A stretch of 64,000 nt of DNA from Paraspadella gotoi (Eukaryota > Animalia > Chaetognatha): the NCBI GenBank assembly GCA_051294375.1, contig CM119271.1:5941991-6005990 (forward strand), read 5' to 3'. A program made the translations under genes and the position numbers. Shown in pieces: positions 1 to 12,794 of the stretch (position 1 is the first letter of the stretch; each line of letters begins with the position of its first letter). Below the pieces are notes generated by a model, which worked only from the letters and a program-made list of their open reading frames with translations, was not told the DNA's origin and did not search any database.

Positions 1-151
1 AATAGTTTTCAAAAATTAATTATTAAACCTTAGATAACAAAAAATTAAAAATTGAAAGCAAAGAGTGATCCAAAGATTTTGGGGGAACTTCCTCCCTTAG
101 ATCAGCATATTTGAGAAGCCAGAATAACTCCTGATCAACGAGTCCTCATGT

Positions 152-1026
<875 letters not shown>

Positions 1027-1268
1027 TTTTTTAATGTTATTATTTATAGAACTTAATTGAAAAATAAAAATTAAATTGTAAAAATTAAAAAATGAAAATG
1101 GCAAGGAAGGCAGGAATCGTGTAAAAAAAACATAATTACCCATAATGTGTAAAAGTAAAAAAAAAATACAATGCCATAAAGCACTGAAGTGCCATCAACA
1201 GTTTTCGTTGTGAAGCAAAGAATTACAAATATGGTAACAATTGCAATTATAAAAAATCTTATACATAA

Positions 1269-1345
1269 GCATTAGCATCCGGATCGTCGCAATCGAATAG
1301 CAAAAATCTGGTCCCTTGACAAACTTTTATACTCAAAAAATTAAA
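1269..1345. repeat. Dispersed repeat fragment (family C), similar to 15972-16035
   Basis: Shares AAGCAT..GGATCGTCGCAAT...AAAAATCTGG...GACAAA.TTT.ATACT with 15972-16035. The core ATCGTCGCAAT also matches an arm of the hairpin at 21728-21760. Confidence 0.6.
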
Positions 1346-1503
1346 CTATAATTGAAAACTAAGTTTTAGACATAACAAACTTGATTAATATATAAAAAAA
1401 TTTAAAAATAATAGTGATTCGACTCACGTATCGAAACAAGGAAAAAGAGTGGAAGAGAAAATTAAGTGAAAAACAACTGAAAAGTAATAATTTATTGTTC
1501 CTC

Positions 1504-2091
1504 ATGGAGTCGAATTTCTTCATGGTTTTTCCCCACCAACAGAAGAGCATCTGCTCAGCAAACGCGACATCTCCAGACAAAAAACCTCCCCTTATCCTTC
1601 CCTCCACTACCTCAGCGCGATGCCAAGAGGCAAAATCACTCGTAACTAGCAAACCAAAAGGGGAGAATCCCGCAAAGATTTCCGGTGAACCACCAGACCC
1701 ACTTGACTGGACGTCGTAGAAGGGGGGGGATGAAAAGCCGCAAAGGCCAGTGCAAGGACAAAAACCGGGTATGGAAAACCAGTCGGCCGGACATCCTTGG
1801 AGCCCCGCCCGCATGCTTTTGGGACTTGCGAGACCTGAAAGAGCGACAAGCGGGGACTACGCGGACTGCCACGCCCGCGTTTGCGGCAAGCGGAATAGGT
1901 GCAACTGTGCGGAGCCCCGGAACGGATCATCGAAGAATGAAGCGTCCGAGCCAACAACGACGACGACGCCATTTATGGGGACTGTCGTCCCAAAATCGTC
2001 GAAAGCGCAAGCGATTTCGCCGATAAAAATTATAAGAACGAAAGGAAATTTGAACAAAAAGTATTTGGATTTTTTTGTGAAACCACTCTGA
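1504..2091. other. GC-rich island of unknown function (possible pseudogene, orphan gene or ncRNA)
   Basis: GC-rich block between AT-rich flanks. The + frame from ATG 1504 to 2091 is open except for one TAG at 1717-1719. No recognisable protein motif. Confidence 0.25.
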
Positions 2092-2119
2092 AACAATTAA
2101 AATTGATTCGACACAGAGT

Positions 2120-3142
2120 TTACGAGGAGTCAAAAGCTGTGACTTCTTCACCATTTTTCAAATTAATCTCTTCTTCCTCCAGTTCTTCTTCAGCGCGTTT
2201 TCTCTCCTCTTTAGTAAAAGCGGCGATACAAAGGACGACGACGACGATAAGTGCGCCGCCAACGGCCTGCAAGGCAGTAAAGGAATCCCTGAAATAGAAG
2301 TAGGCCAAGGCGTAGGAGAGAGGCACTTTGAGAGTGATAATTGTCAAAGACATAGTAGCGCTGATGCCTTGAGCGTGTCGCTCAAACTCGTCCGAACTTG
2401 TCGTCAAGCAGATCCGCTCAACAAACACTAGCACGCCGCAGACAAACCCGCCTAGGTAGTCGAACCAATCGGCGGTGACGGGCAGGCTCCACGAACCGGC
2501 GACGGCGTTGAAGACAACGAAACTAAGAACGCTGGAAGGAACGAAGGCCACGCGCCACACGAACCAGTGAAGATGGTGGCAGATCTCGAAGACAAGAAAG
2601 AAGCAAGCCTGCAGAAGGCTTAAGCCGAAACAGACCAGGTAGGGAGACCAAGAGCGTGAACGGGCGTTTTTTTCCTGCCCAAAAATAAAGCTTGGCCGAC
2701 TGACGAGAACGACGCCGACGAGGGCGAGGACGGCGGCGCCTAGATGGAACCAACGCACGCAGCGGCGCCGGTATGCGGACTCCAATAATGGCGCCCATAC
2801 GACGCTGCAATTTTCGATGGCGGAAAAGTCGCCGATGGTCATGGATTGGAGGCAGTAAATGACGGGTACGAAACCGAAGGCCACTATCATTGAAAGAACG
2901 GTGAGGCCGATGTAGTCCGCGCGGGTCGTGGCGTTCCACCTTTTAACGGCAAAAAAGATTAGCGGTAGGGTGAGTATGGCATCGGTGACGGCGACGAGGC
3001 CGAAAAGCTGCGACGCTGGAAAGATGGCGAGCGAGTGGAACATGGCGCTCAGCTGGGATCCCACGATCGTAGCGGAGAGGCAGAGACCGAGGCCCCAAAA
3101 TAAATGCCACCTTTGGGGCAAGGCATCGTCCATGGAAGGCAT
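2120..3142 (-). CDS. EamA/DMT-superfamily transporter (SLC35G-like), single exon
   Basis: 340-aa ORF with about 10 hydrophobic segments. Motifs MTIGDFSAI, LALVGVVLVSRPSFIFG and C-terminal ALQAVGGALIVV are typical of SLC35G/EamA proteins. Confidence 0.8.
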   Translation of the reverse strand: MPSMDDALPQRWHLFWGLGLCLSATIVGSQLSAMFHSLAIFPASQLFGLVAVTDAILTLPLIFFAVKRWNATTRADYIGLTVLSMIVAFGFVPVIYCLQSMTIGDFSAIENCSVVWAPLLESAYRRRCVRWFHLGAAVLALVGVVLVSRPSFIFGQEKNARSRSWSPYLVCFGLSLLQACFFLVFEICHHLHWFVWRVAFVPSSVLSFVVFNAVAGSWSLPVTADWFDYLGGFVCGVLVFVERICLTTSSDEFERHAQGISATMSLTIITLKVPLSYALAYFYFRDSFTALQAVGGALIVVVVLCIAAFTKEERKRAEEELEEEEINLKNGEEVTAFDSS

Positions 3143-3323
3143 TTTCTTTGGCAGTTTTTACAGTCATAGATATTTTTGGTCAAAATCGAAAATTTACGAA
3201 TGGATCGCCGTCCATTTTCAACCTACAAAGAGCAATAAAAACTAAATTTAACGCCGAAAATCAATTTAATCACGGGGATTTATAATTTAAACAACAGAAA
3301 AGACAATTGTCAACTAAAATTAA

Positions 3324-5968
3324 TCACGGAGTCACTTCTCCACATGGAGGCGGATGTCGACTACGGTTAAAATTTCTAGGAAAGGTCACTTCGGTTTGGA
3401 CGGCTAACTTTGGAGATGCAGCCGACTTGGTTTTTCTCTTAGAACGGCGAGATTTAATTTCGATTGGTGAATCGACGTTTCTATGACTTTGCTGATCTTC
3501 GGAATTCGTTCCTTTTTGAGAGCGCGGGTGTATTTCTTTGCCTTTGCGTTTCGTCTTGCTGGAGATGTCTGGAGACGGAGTGGAAACCTTGGAAGCGAGG
3601 CCAATCCCGATTGATGGTTTGGATGGCGACGGAGTCTTGGACAAAGTATTAGTCTTGGCGATAGAACGTCGAACCCTCGGTCGAGTCTGCTTCGGAGTCG
3701 CTTGACCATGCGAGACAGTGGTGTTCCCCTTCCTCAGATTTCGTTTTTCAGCGTCTAAACACGATGCTGTCGTCGCAGATTTTTTTTCTTTTTTCACTTT
3801 CTTCGCATTTAGGAGAGTCTCGCCGGAATCATTGGAGCGACGTTTCAGTTCTTTTCGCGGTTTCGTAGTTTGGGAACGAGCCGTTCCTTCGCGGGCATTC
3901 GACTTTCCAGATTTGCTGCTCGATTCGGAATTTTTAACTTTAGACTCGATTTGACAATCGTTTGCCGTCTTCCTTTCAGGGGGCTTTGGTGTCTTCTCTG
4001 CAGCGTTACCATTCGCCGAGCCCGTGGCTTGATTAATAATGTTAATCTTATTATTCTGCGTTTCGATTATGTTCTCAGTCGCGCTTTGTATTTTTGGTCT
4101 CGGCGCCAACTTTTCTTCGGCTAAAAGATTCTCGACGGACTTTCCTTTTCCCGCCAAATCAGTTCGCCGTTTCACGTTGTTTTTCCTCTTCACCTTGCGG
4201 CAATCTCCGTCGACTAATGACGGGCGCCCTCCCGTCGTGGGCGTCACCTCCAGCTGACTTTGCTCCACAGAATACGCTCCGTCTACGAAGGACGTCGTCG
4301 TCGCCGCTCCCGACGAAGCAGCAGCTCCCGACATGGCGGCAATTTGAAGTTCTCGTCGTTTCTCCATCCGCTTCAGCGCCGTCTTCGCCTTGCGCCTTTG
4401 CTTTCGCTTTTCTCGCCACATCCGCTTCCTCTCGTCGACTTCGAAAGAGATGCTGGCGTCAGTGGAAAACGAGGATTCGTCGAAAGTTTCGTTGAAGCTA
4501 AGGCTTTTGACGCAATCGAGAGACTTGGAGAGCGAAGGACGCGACGAAGTGAACCTCGAGACCGGCGTTGAAGTCGCCGCCGCCCTCGGCGTAACGGCGC
4601 TCTTGTCGTAGTACCGAACGTAGGGGGAATTGGGATAAGAGTTTCTCCGGAACCACACGACTTCGCACTCATGGCCTAAATGACCACTTCGACCACAGTT
4701 GTAGCACGAGTTGGGGGTTTTGCGACGCACGGGATTATCCGACTCTTCGAGATCTTCATTATCAGGTACATCCTGCTCTTTCGTCGAAATCCTTGTTGAG
4801 TGGTACTGCCTCCACAGCTCGGGGCAGACGTAGAAAGAATGACCAGCGACGCCGCACCGGGTACACGAGTAACGAGAGCCCTTGAATTTGCAGTAGAAAC
4901 GGGAGTGTCCCTTGCGCAAGCATTGAACGCACACGGTTTCGGGACATTGTGAGCTAAATAAAAAAATAAACTAGACTGGTAGTTTTTCAGAGAACTCATT
5001 CTTGCAAGATTTGGAGTTTAAATTGGAATTGTTTTTGGTCTTTGCTTAACATAAGAAAAATGAAAGTGTGTTTTCTCAAGAAATTTTCCTTATGGCAAGC
5101 AAAGATCAAAAATAATTCAAATTCAAACTTGACTGGGTTAAGAGTTCAATCATTTTCAATCCGTCACAACAAACCTTTTGTGCTCTCGACGCCCGCAGAG
5201 GTAGCAGACGTCAAAGCGCCGCGGAGCCTCGCAGAACTTGGAGAGGTGTCCCTTGGCGTTACAGTTGCGGCAAACGACAGATATCGGAGTGAAATAACGA
5301 GACCGCGCGGCCCAACGGACGGCCTTAGGCAGACGGTCGCTGACATCTACAGCCCAAGAACCATCGTCGGGAATGTCGGCGAGGACGTCATCCAGAGTGA
5401 GGAAAGATAATGAAAACGACTCGACTCGCTTTTTCTGTTTTTTGGACAATTTCACGTTTTTCTGCGATTTCAGCTTCGGAGTTTCGTCCAGTTTGGTTTC
5501 TTTTTTAATTTTTTTCTTTTTAATTTTGTCCGATTCGTTTTTGTCGTTTTTCTTCAATTCAAGTTTCGCTTCTTTTTCGCCTTTGTCCGCTTTAGACTTC
5601 TTTCCTAGTTTTGGCTTCTTGAACAAGGGTCCGGCATCAGTCTCGACCAAGAATTGTCTTTTCGACGGCGAATTTGTTTTTGCCGACTTCTCCTCAATAC
5701 CGCCGTCAAGGCTTTCGTCTAGAACGCGGGAGTCAATCGAGAGCCCCGATGGGTCGGCGTCGATTGAGTCGTCGAGGGAACAAGCGGTAGCGTTGACGAC
5801 GCCTTTGACGGCAGCGAAGTGAACCTGAGCAAAGAGCAAAGATTCCAACTCGTTCCTTCGGTCGGGGTCGAGGAGATCGAAGTCGATGTCGTCGTAATCG
5901 ACGGAGTAAACGGAGGAATCGAGCGTCTCGTCAGCGAGAAGAGCATCGTCGTCCTCCCACGAATACAT
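3324..5968 (-). CDS. ZCCHC7: Zinc-knuckle protein ZCCHC7/Air1-like (TRAMP component), exons 5968-5175 and 4953-3324
   Basis: Five CX2CX4HX4C knuckles after splicing (CRNCNAKGHLSKFC, CYLCGRREHKSSQC, CVQCLRKGHSRFYC, CTRCGVAGHSFYVC, CYNCGRSGHLGHEC), plus the Air1/ZCCHC7 signature CPELWRQYH. Confidence 0.85.
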
Positions 5969-6457
5969 AATGACAGTCGGCGCTTATTTCGCACAGTTCA
6001 AAAAGTTAAATTTCCAACGAAAATCAATGGTACAATGCTTTGAACCTTAAAAATAAAAAGTAAAAAGAAAAAAATTACTACGTATTAACAAAAACAAATT
6101 AATATCAATTAAAAAATTAATATTGTCATTCTTGCGTATAATCGTTTTAAAATACACAGCAACTTTTTGTGCGAAATTAAAAAGAAGTGATTCGCATTTA
6201 GTTCTTTTGTTGGGTCCATGAAGGATTCGTGGGGTAGGGTATCGGATAACTTAAATAGCGTGAGAACAATTTTTACTGCAAAAAGGATATAGTATTTCTT
6301 ATAAGTAGCGACAAAATGACATTCAAGAAAATATGAAAAGACTATAAAGCTGGTGACAAAAAAACGGAGGGAAGAAAACGATATGAAGCGACGATTAAGA
6401 AAAACTGTAGAAGAGAAAGAGAAGAGAAATGGTAGGAAGAAGATGAGAGGTATTGGT

Positions 6458-9400
6458 TCACATCAACACCGAGACGCATCCATGTCCGGAGAGGCAAAAA
6501 GGAAGCGGCTTGCCGATTTCCCACGAGTCCTTGGCCGGGTCGTACATCTCGACTACATTGGAAACAAACCCGTTGACCAATCCGCCCACGACGTAGATTT
6601 TGCCGCCGAGGCCAGTCGCGCCGCTGTTGAAGTGAGAATGCTGAGGAAAAAAAAAACAAGTTTGAGCAAACAATGTCGGATCTGTCCACGATCATTAGCG
6701 GTAATTAATTAATTAATAATTAATTGATTTAAGTTAATTAATTAAGCAATTAATTAATTTGATTCGAAATGTTTGTTTTGATTAATCAATTAATTATTAA
6801 CTAATTGATTAATAACTGATTAATTATTTGACTAATTAATACATCTTGCATTTACATTTAATATAAAAAGAAATAGAAGCATAATCAATAAGTTAAACAG
6901 GTTTTTTGTTTTTTTCCATTTAAACTCATTTCCACTCAAACAATTCCATCAAAACTTAATTTCCAGCATAATCACACACTTTCCTACCCACAAACAAAAT
7001 TTCAGGTAAATCGCCACAGACGGACGGACGGACATCTTTTTTTTGCATAATTTATCATAATTCGATATTCTGACATAAATGTGGTTGCCCGACAATATTG
7101 AGGGGGCGGACCGACGGACCGACAAAGTGAATTATGGAGTCGGGATCTGCGTACAAAAACTTGAGTCGCGAAGACAGGTCCTTATTCTAAACAGGACGGA
7201 ATGAAAAAAAAAAAAAAAAAACTAAAAAGAAATGCACTGAAATATCATCGAAACAACTTCATTAAGGAATCCGATATTACCTGAAGGTGCGCTAATCTCC
7301 TGATGGATCTCTTGAGGGGCGAAAAGGCGAGGCACGTTCGGGAATCCTCGGAAATGATATAAAAGACTTCGTCGAGGACGATGACTTGCGCGAAGTGAAC
7401 GTGAGAGGGGAGAACGAAGTGTTCCCCTGAAAGTGAATAGTTATTTTCTTACGAAAAAACACGTAAATACTGTATAAGAGTTTATTTTTATTTTCATTTT
7501 TTGTTGTAAAGAAGTAAGCCCGTGGCTTTTTTTAGGTAGAACAAAAGCCCAAGCAGACGAAAAAGAAAAACGTCATTTGGAAGCTGACCACGGAGAAAGC
7601 TCGATACAATGGATTCGGAAAAAAGAAGCTGCGAACAGCTGCGTCAGATTAAACAAAAGAAATTATCGAGGCGTATTATAGATGGGGGGGAAAAAAAGCA
7701 GATCGAGCTCAATATAAAAGGGAAGCCAACATCAAATCTGTAAAGATTGGGAAAGCCATGTGTCTACGTGAAACAAAATGATAAAAGAAACTCTTACCCG
7801 AGTAGACTAATTTTCCATCGGTTGGCGAGAAGGCAAAACTCTCGATCATGTTGGATCGGGTGAGGGAGCTGGTCGTTGCCACGGCGGCGTGAGCGACGCC
7901 GACCGCGCCGCGGACGTTTGATGCAGCGCCGATGCTGCTAATGGAGCCACGCGTCTCGTAAGTGGTGCCGCCGATCTCAAAGATTTTATCCTTTTTAATA
8001 ATAAGTAAAGTTAACATCTCGCGTCGTCATTTTCGCAAAGTGATTAGCATACAAGGGTACCTTGAATGGAACGACAACGGAATGTTTCCTCGGAAACGGC
8101 GTGGTGCAAACCACTGTCCAACAACACGTGGAAAAGTCGTAGCATTCAATGTCCTCGTTGAGAAGGGTGGCGAGACGATCTATCATAAAACAAGAATACA
8201 GTAATTGTAGTTATAATTGAACTAAGTTCGAACGAAACGAAAACATTAAAACTAACTTCCAGATGCCGTGTCGGTAGCTTCGGCATCGTCCGTTGGTGAT
8301 ATGCCTCCGAAGACGAAAAGCTTGCCTTTGAACCCGCAAGAAGCGTGTTTTGCTCGAGGTCGGGACATCGGGGACGACAAGGGGCTCCATTCGCGGGTTC
8401 TCGTCGTGAAACGCCACACTGAGGCCACGATCGTCTGAAAAATAAATCGAATGGGAACAAATTCAAAATACAAAATACAAAGTACAATTGAAGGTAAAAT
8501 TTGAGCGCGCGAAAAGTCACCTGATTAGCGCCGTTAACGGAACCCACGTTTCCACCTCCCGCCGCCGAGGAACCAGTGGGAGAAAAGGCATCGCCAAAAC
8601 TCTGCTGGATTCCGCCGCTGATGTAGATATCGTTGTTCAGCACAGCCATCGAATAATACTTTAGTTTACAAGGGAGGTCAGGCAGCGGAATCCACTTGTC
8701 GCGGAGAGGGCAGTACATGATGAGGGAAGTGGCGGGGTTGGGAGGGGAAAGAGGCGGAGTCGTCGGAGGTTGAAGGGCGGGGGCGAACGTAAAAGAAGCG
8801 TGGGCGAATTGATTCTGGGGATTGGCGAAAGGCCTGACGGGGATACCAAGGAGTATTGCATAATGATTATTAGGTTAAGGATGATGATGGATGTGAGATG
8901 ATGATGAGTCAATATAATTGAATGTTTTGAGTTTTTTACCCTTGATTGCCAACTGCTTCCTCCTCCGATTTGGAGAACCGATTTCCGCCCAAGAGGATGA
9001 GACATTCTTTGGCTATCGTAGACGGTCTCGGACTCTGGTAAAGTATAACTATTTAATACGGCATTTTGTAAGTAATTTAAATCTAATTTAAGAAATTTGG
9101 TAAAACCAGGAGAGCACACCTGCACTTTCGTCCTTCCCAACCGCCGAACATCTTTCTCTGATTGACTAGATTGATCACAGGAGTTCTCGACCCGCGAATA
9201 TCCGGACGCGGAGTCGCCCACTCGCTCGTCTTCATCCTCGGACATTGGCCGCGATTCTAGTCTCAATTCCACAGCGTCATCGCACCCGCCCCCGGAAAGT
9301 TCTAAGTCACTTGGGTTCGTCTTTCCATCGTGAGTAGCGTCTTGAGGCGCGGTCGAGGGGTCACGAACGACGGCGAAGGAAGGCGCAGGGAGTTGATGGC

Positions 9401-10891
9401 AGGGCGGAACTCTGGTCCCGTCTCTCCGTGTTAAAAACTCGAAGGCGTCGTCGGCGAAAGCGCGGGACTTCGGGCAGGAGATGACCAACGCCTCCTCCAA
9501 CACGACCGACTTTAGTGTCGAAGCATCCATTGTTTGGAATCTAAGAGGATAAAAAAGAATTTCAATTTCATGACTAAAGAATGAGAGATAAAGGAAGTAC
9601 GAACATCGGTGTGATTGCCAGCGATGCTCTAGATAGTATCTATTAGATACGATAAGTATAGGAATGAAGTCGAACAGAAAATTGCTTGTATTCTTTGAAT
9701 TTTATATAATGAATTACGCATGTATTTTTTGAAATTATGGAGGTTAGCAAAGCTGCAAAAACAGAGACCTAACGTGTCCCATGAGGACAGGAAGCAGCCG
9801 TTTTCGTCTCTCAAGATCGTGCTTCACCCACCGCAACGCCACCTAAGAAAAGAAAAAAAGAATTTCATATTTTTATCTTAAAAATTGATAATCTAACGGG
9901 CCCGTACGTCAAAGACGTCGCGCTCGGAATCGATGTCTATTTGGTCGCTGGAGATGTAGTTGACGAGCTTTTCCACGTCGAGACAAAGGAATTCATCCTG
10001 CATCGCCACCTCTTTGAAATTGTCCTGAACCACTTTGGAAGAGAGCTGTTGGAGTTGGGCACAACCTATTTTAAAAGTGTCATATATTCAAAAGAAAAAA
10101 AAAGTCCGAAACTATCGTAACTATCCAAACCATCACCATGCAACGCGGCGAAAGCCTCGATCCCCAAGCAATTGGCCACGTCGAGCTGCTCCTTGAGAAA
10201 GTCGCTGGAGGCGGAGACGATTTCCGAAAATTGGAAAAGAGACGCAGCCGCCAACGTGTCTTCGACGTTGTCCCGGTCGATCGTGATCGTCCCTAGAGGA
10301 GCAGGAGATTATCAATCGCAAAGAAAATAAAATGGTTTGTTTTTCAACATTAACCTAAGGAATAAAACAAACAACAGTGCATCACCTAGGTAAACGTAGT
10401 TGAGGATCCGGTTCATCGTTTCGGGCGATATTTCGTTGAAGGAGACACGAAAATCGTGTGCTTCTCTCAGATCGGAACAAAACATGGCCCGAAAGTATGG
10501 GGACGAAGTCGCCAAGATGTTTCTGTGGTAATTAAATTTGGTTAAAAGTGATTAACCGCTAAGAAAAACAAGTTGAGACAACTAAAATTTCGAAATAAAA
10601 CCTGTGGCATGGGAACTCCGAGTCCTGAACGCACAGCACGACGTCGACAAAATAGCCTGCGCAAAATACAAAAGGAATAAATTTAAAACATTTAAGATAA
10701 CTTTACTATAGCACTCAATCCCCCCGACCTTGAAGTCTGAGGCTGTTGACCCCGATCATCATATCTGATCCATGGGCATGACTCTCCAGGATGAAGGAGT
10801 CGTCGACTTGCGGAGGGGCGACGTCCATTTTGGCCGGACCGCGCGGACAACCGGAGCTAGTCGTCGCGGGACGAGCGCACGTCGAGCTCAT
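6458..10891 (-). CDS. BTB-BACK-Kelch (KLHL-family) protein, multi-exon
   Basis: BTB motifs (FVDVVLCVQDSEFPCHR, LATSSPYFRAMFCSDLRE), BACK motifs (ANCLGIEAFAALH, EFLCLD, ALRWVKHD), SPRPST..ECLILLGG, and kelch repeats (NNDIYISGG, GKLFVFGG, GKIYVVGG...VEMYDP..DSW). A low-complexity insert lies at ~9120-9500. Confidence 0.9.
6702..6840. repeat. AT-rich degenerate (TAAT/TGAT) low-complexity tandem repeat in a Kelch-gene intron
   Basis: Repeated TAATTAAT and TTGATTAAT units. Confidence 0.7.
6990..7152. repeat. Dispersed repeat family B with a (GACG)n microsatellite, possibly a Helentron/HINE-type fragment
   Basis: Contains CAAAATTTCAG...CAGACGGACGGACGGAC. Segment 7102-7150 is the reverse complement of 58907-58954 with few mismatches. 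Confidence 0.6.
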
Positions 10892-11284
10892 CGTCGACGA
10901 ACGTAGGAGTCGCCTGTCGTCTCGAAATCTTGTATCTAACGTTAACGACCCATTGTTTGGCCCAGTCAATATATCCAAATGAAAAAAATTTGGCCTAGAA
11001 ATTTCATTAAGAACATTGTATAAAAAAATTGATACCAAGTGCAACAAAAAGCTTCCTCTAGAGCAAAACAATTTTTAAAACAAAAGAAATGCAAAAATGA
11101 TTTTCAAAAAAAAACTGATTGGGGAAAATTCAGAGTAAAGTCTATGAACGTCTTAACAGTCATACTCTCAAAGACTCGCTACCCTACGGCTTACACCTCC
11201 ATGAAATTTTGTAAAGAGCCTGATGATTATTCGGATTTTTGTATATATTTTTTTCATATCATACCAAAGGGTTAAATTTAAAGA

Positions 11285-12342
11285 CTAAGAGGCGCGTTTG
11301 GTCGAAAAATACATCTTCTGGTAGACGGAGAGGAAGTCTTCGTCTGAGGCGATGGTTGCCCCAAAGGTTGCTCTATTTTTTACACAATTCCACCAAAGGT
11401 AAAACCTTTTGATTGAATATTTATGCAGTATGAACCAAAATTCACCACTATCACTTCTTTTTTTAAATAATCACGAGTAAAATACCTTTCCGAATATACA
11501 TTTTCTAAATCGTTAGTCCCAAATAATTTCTCCATTATTTCAATTCTGTAAGAAAAATCGTACTCGTAATAGTTTTATAGCCGATTAATTCTGCGGCTTT
11601 TAAACTCCTCTACCTGCGAACGAATGGCGCCAAAGCAATATCAATGATACCAAACTCATCACCATTAAAATAAGGGCCCGACTGCGACGCGGCCGTCGAG
11701 AATAACTCGTTAAGTTTCTTTCCTAGACCCTCCAAAATTTCCGGCTTAGGGCCGGCGATTCTAAAAATAAAATTATTGCTATGTAAGGTTGTGGCGACAG
11801 CAACACGACAATAAAATATTCTGTAGGGCTTAGTATTTAAACCATCACTCACAGGTATTCTGTTCTCAGAGGACTCAAAACTTGGTTGTCGATGAAGTCA
11901 AGATTCATTTTTGCTCGAGCTCGATCGAGCGGAGCCGTTAAAGGAGGATAAAGCCGGGGGCCTTGGTGAGCCCACGTTTCGTCAATATATTCTGAATTTG
12001 TAAAGAGACTTTGAGAGCTAAAATCAACCTGAGCCAATTTATTCGAAAGACCCGATTGGTTTTACCACAAACTATGAGGCTTTCGTATACAACGCCTTTT
12101 TTATGAACGAGCGCAGGAACAAGTCCGCGGGGATTGACGGCTAACAATTCAGCCGATTTATTTCTAAGGTTCTCTTCTTTATGTACGAAATCGATGCCTT
12201 TCTCTAAAAGCGCCATCCATGCACGCTACAATCAATTTGGGATCACGTGTTAGATTAACATTTCGAAACTTTGATCAATTAATATTATGCGCACCTGAGC
12301 GTAAGGACAGATCCAAGCAGTATAAAGAATCGGTTTGTTCAT
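11285..12342 (-). CDS. Glutathione S-transferase, omega/tau-like (copy 1), 6 exons
   Basis: MNKPILYTAWICPYAQ/RAWMALLEKGIDF...NPRGLVPALVH...ESLIVC/EYIDE...GPYFNGDEFGIIDIALAPFVR...FYLWWNCVKNRATF. Carries the Cys-type CPYAQR active-site motif. Confidence 0.92.
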
Positions 12343-12794
12343 TTTTTTTTCACAGAGTAGGCGCAAGAAATTCTTACGTTATAAAATCAATTTTCAAAGA
12401 ATAGTAAAAGATTGAGGAAAAAAATAGTATCATATTGTGTATACTGTAAAAATATATTGTAACATGATCTGAGATTAAAAAAATTGTGACAAAAATAAAG
12501 ATGAAAAAAGCTGAGTGATGTGAGGTAATCTAGTTGCACAAATGCTCCTTACATCCATTACAAATTTAACAGCGGTCTCCAGATTACAAAATCTTTTTAT
12601 ACTTAATTAGTAATTCCATCACAATAGACAGTATTCGTTTAGTAAAAACAAATTTGATTCATTCACCAAGTCATTAAAAGCTGACTAGAAAAGCAATAAG
12701 CGCGACTACATGATTTTTGTAACAGTCTTCAAGGATAATCCGTGAGCTGTACGTACGTAGTAGTACGTCGTAGTTCTCCGAGTCGGAATTCGAC

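Noticed and set aside
1799-1860. RNase MRP P4-like pair AGTCCCCG/CGGGGCT on the minus strand
   Set aside because: The strands are only ~45 nt apart and the preceding GARA motif is absent.
7100-7115. GGCGGACCGA shared between repeat family B and the DIRS termini
   Set aside because: Only a 10-nt match within a GGACC/GACG microsatellite-like context; chance is likely.
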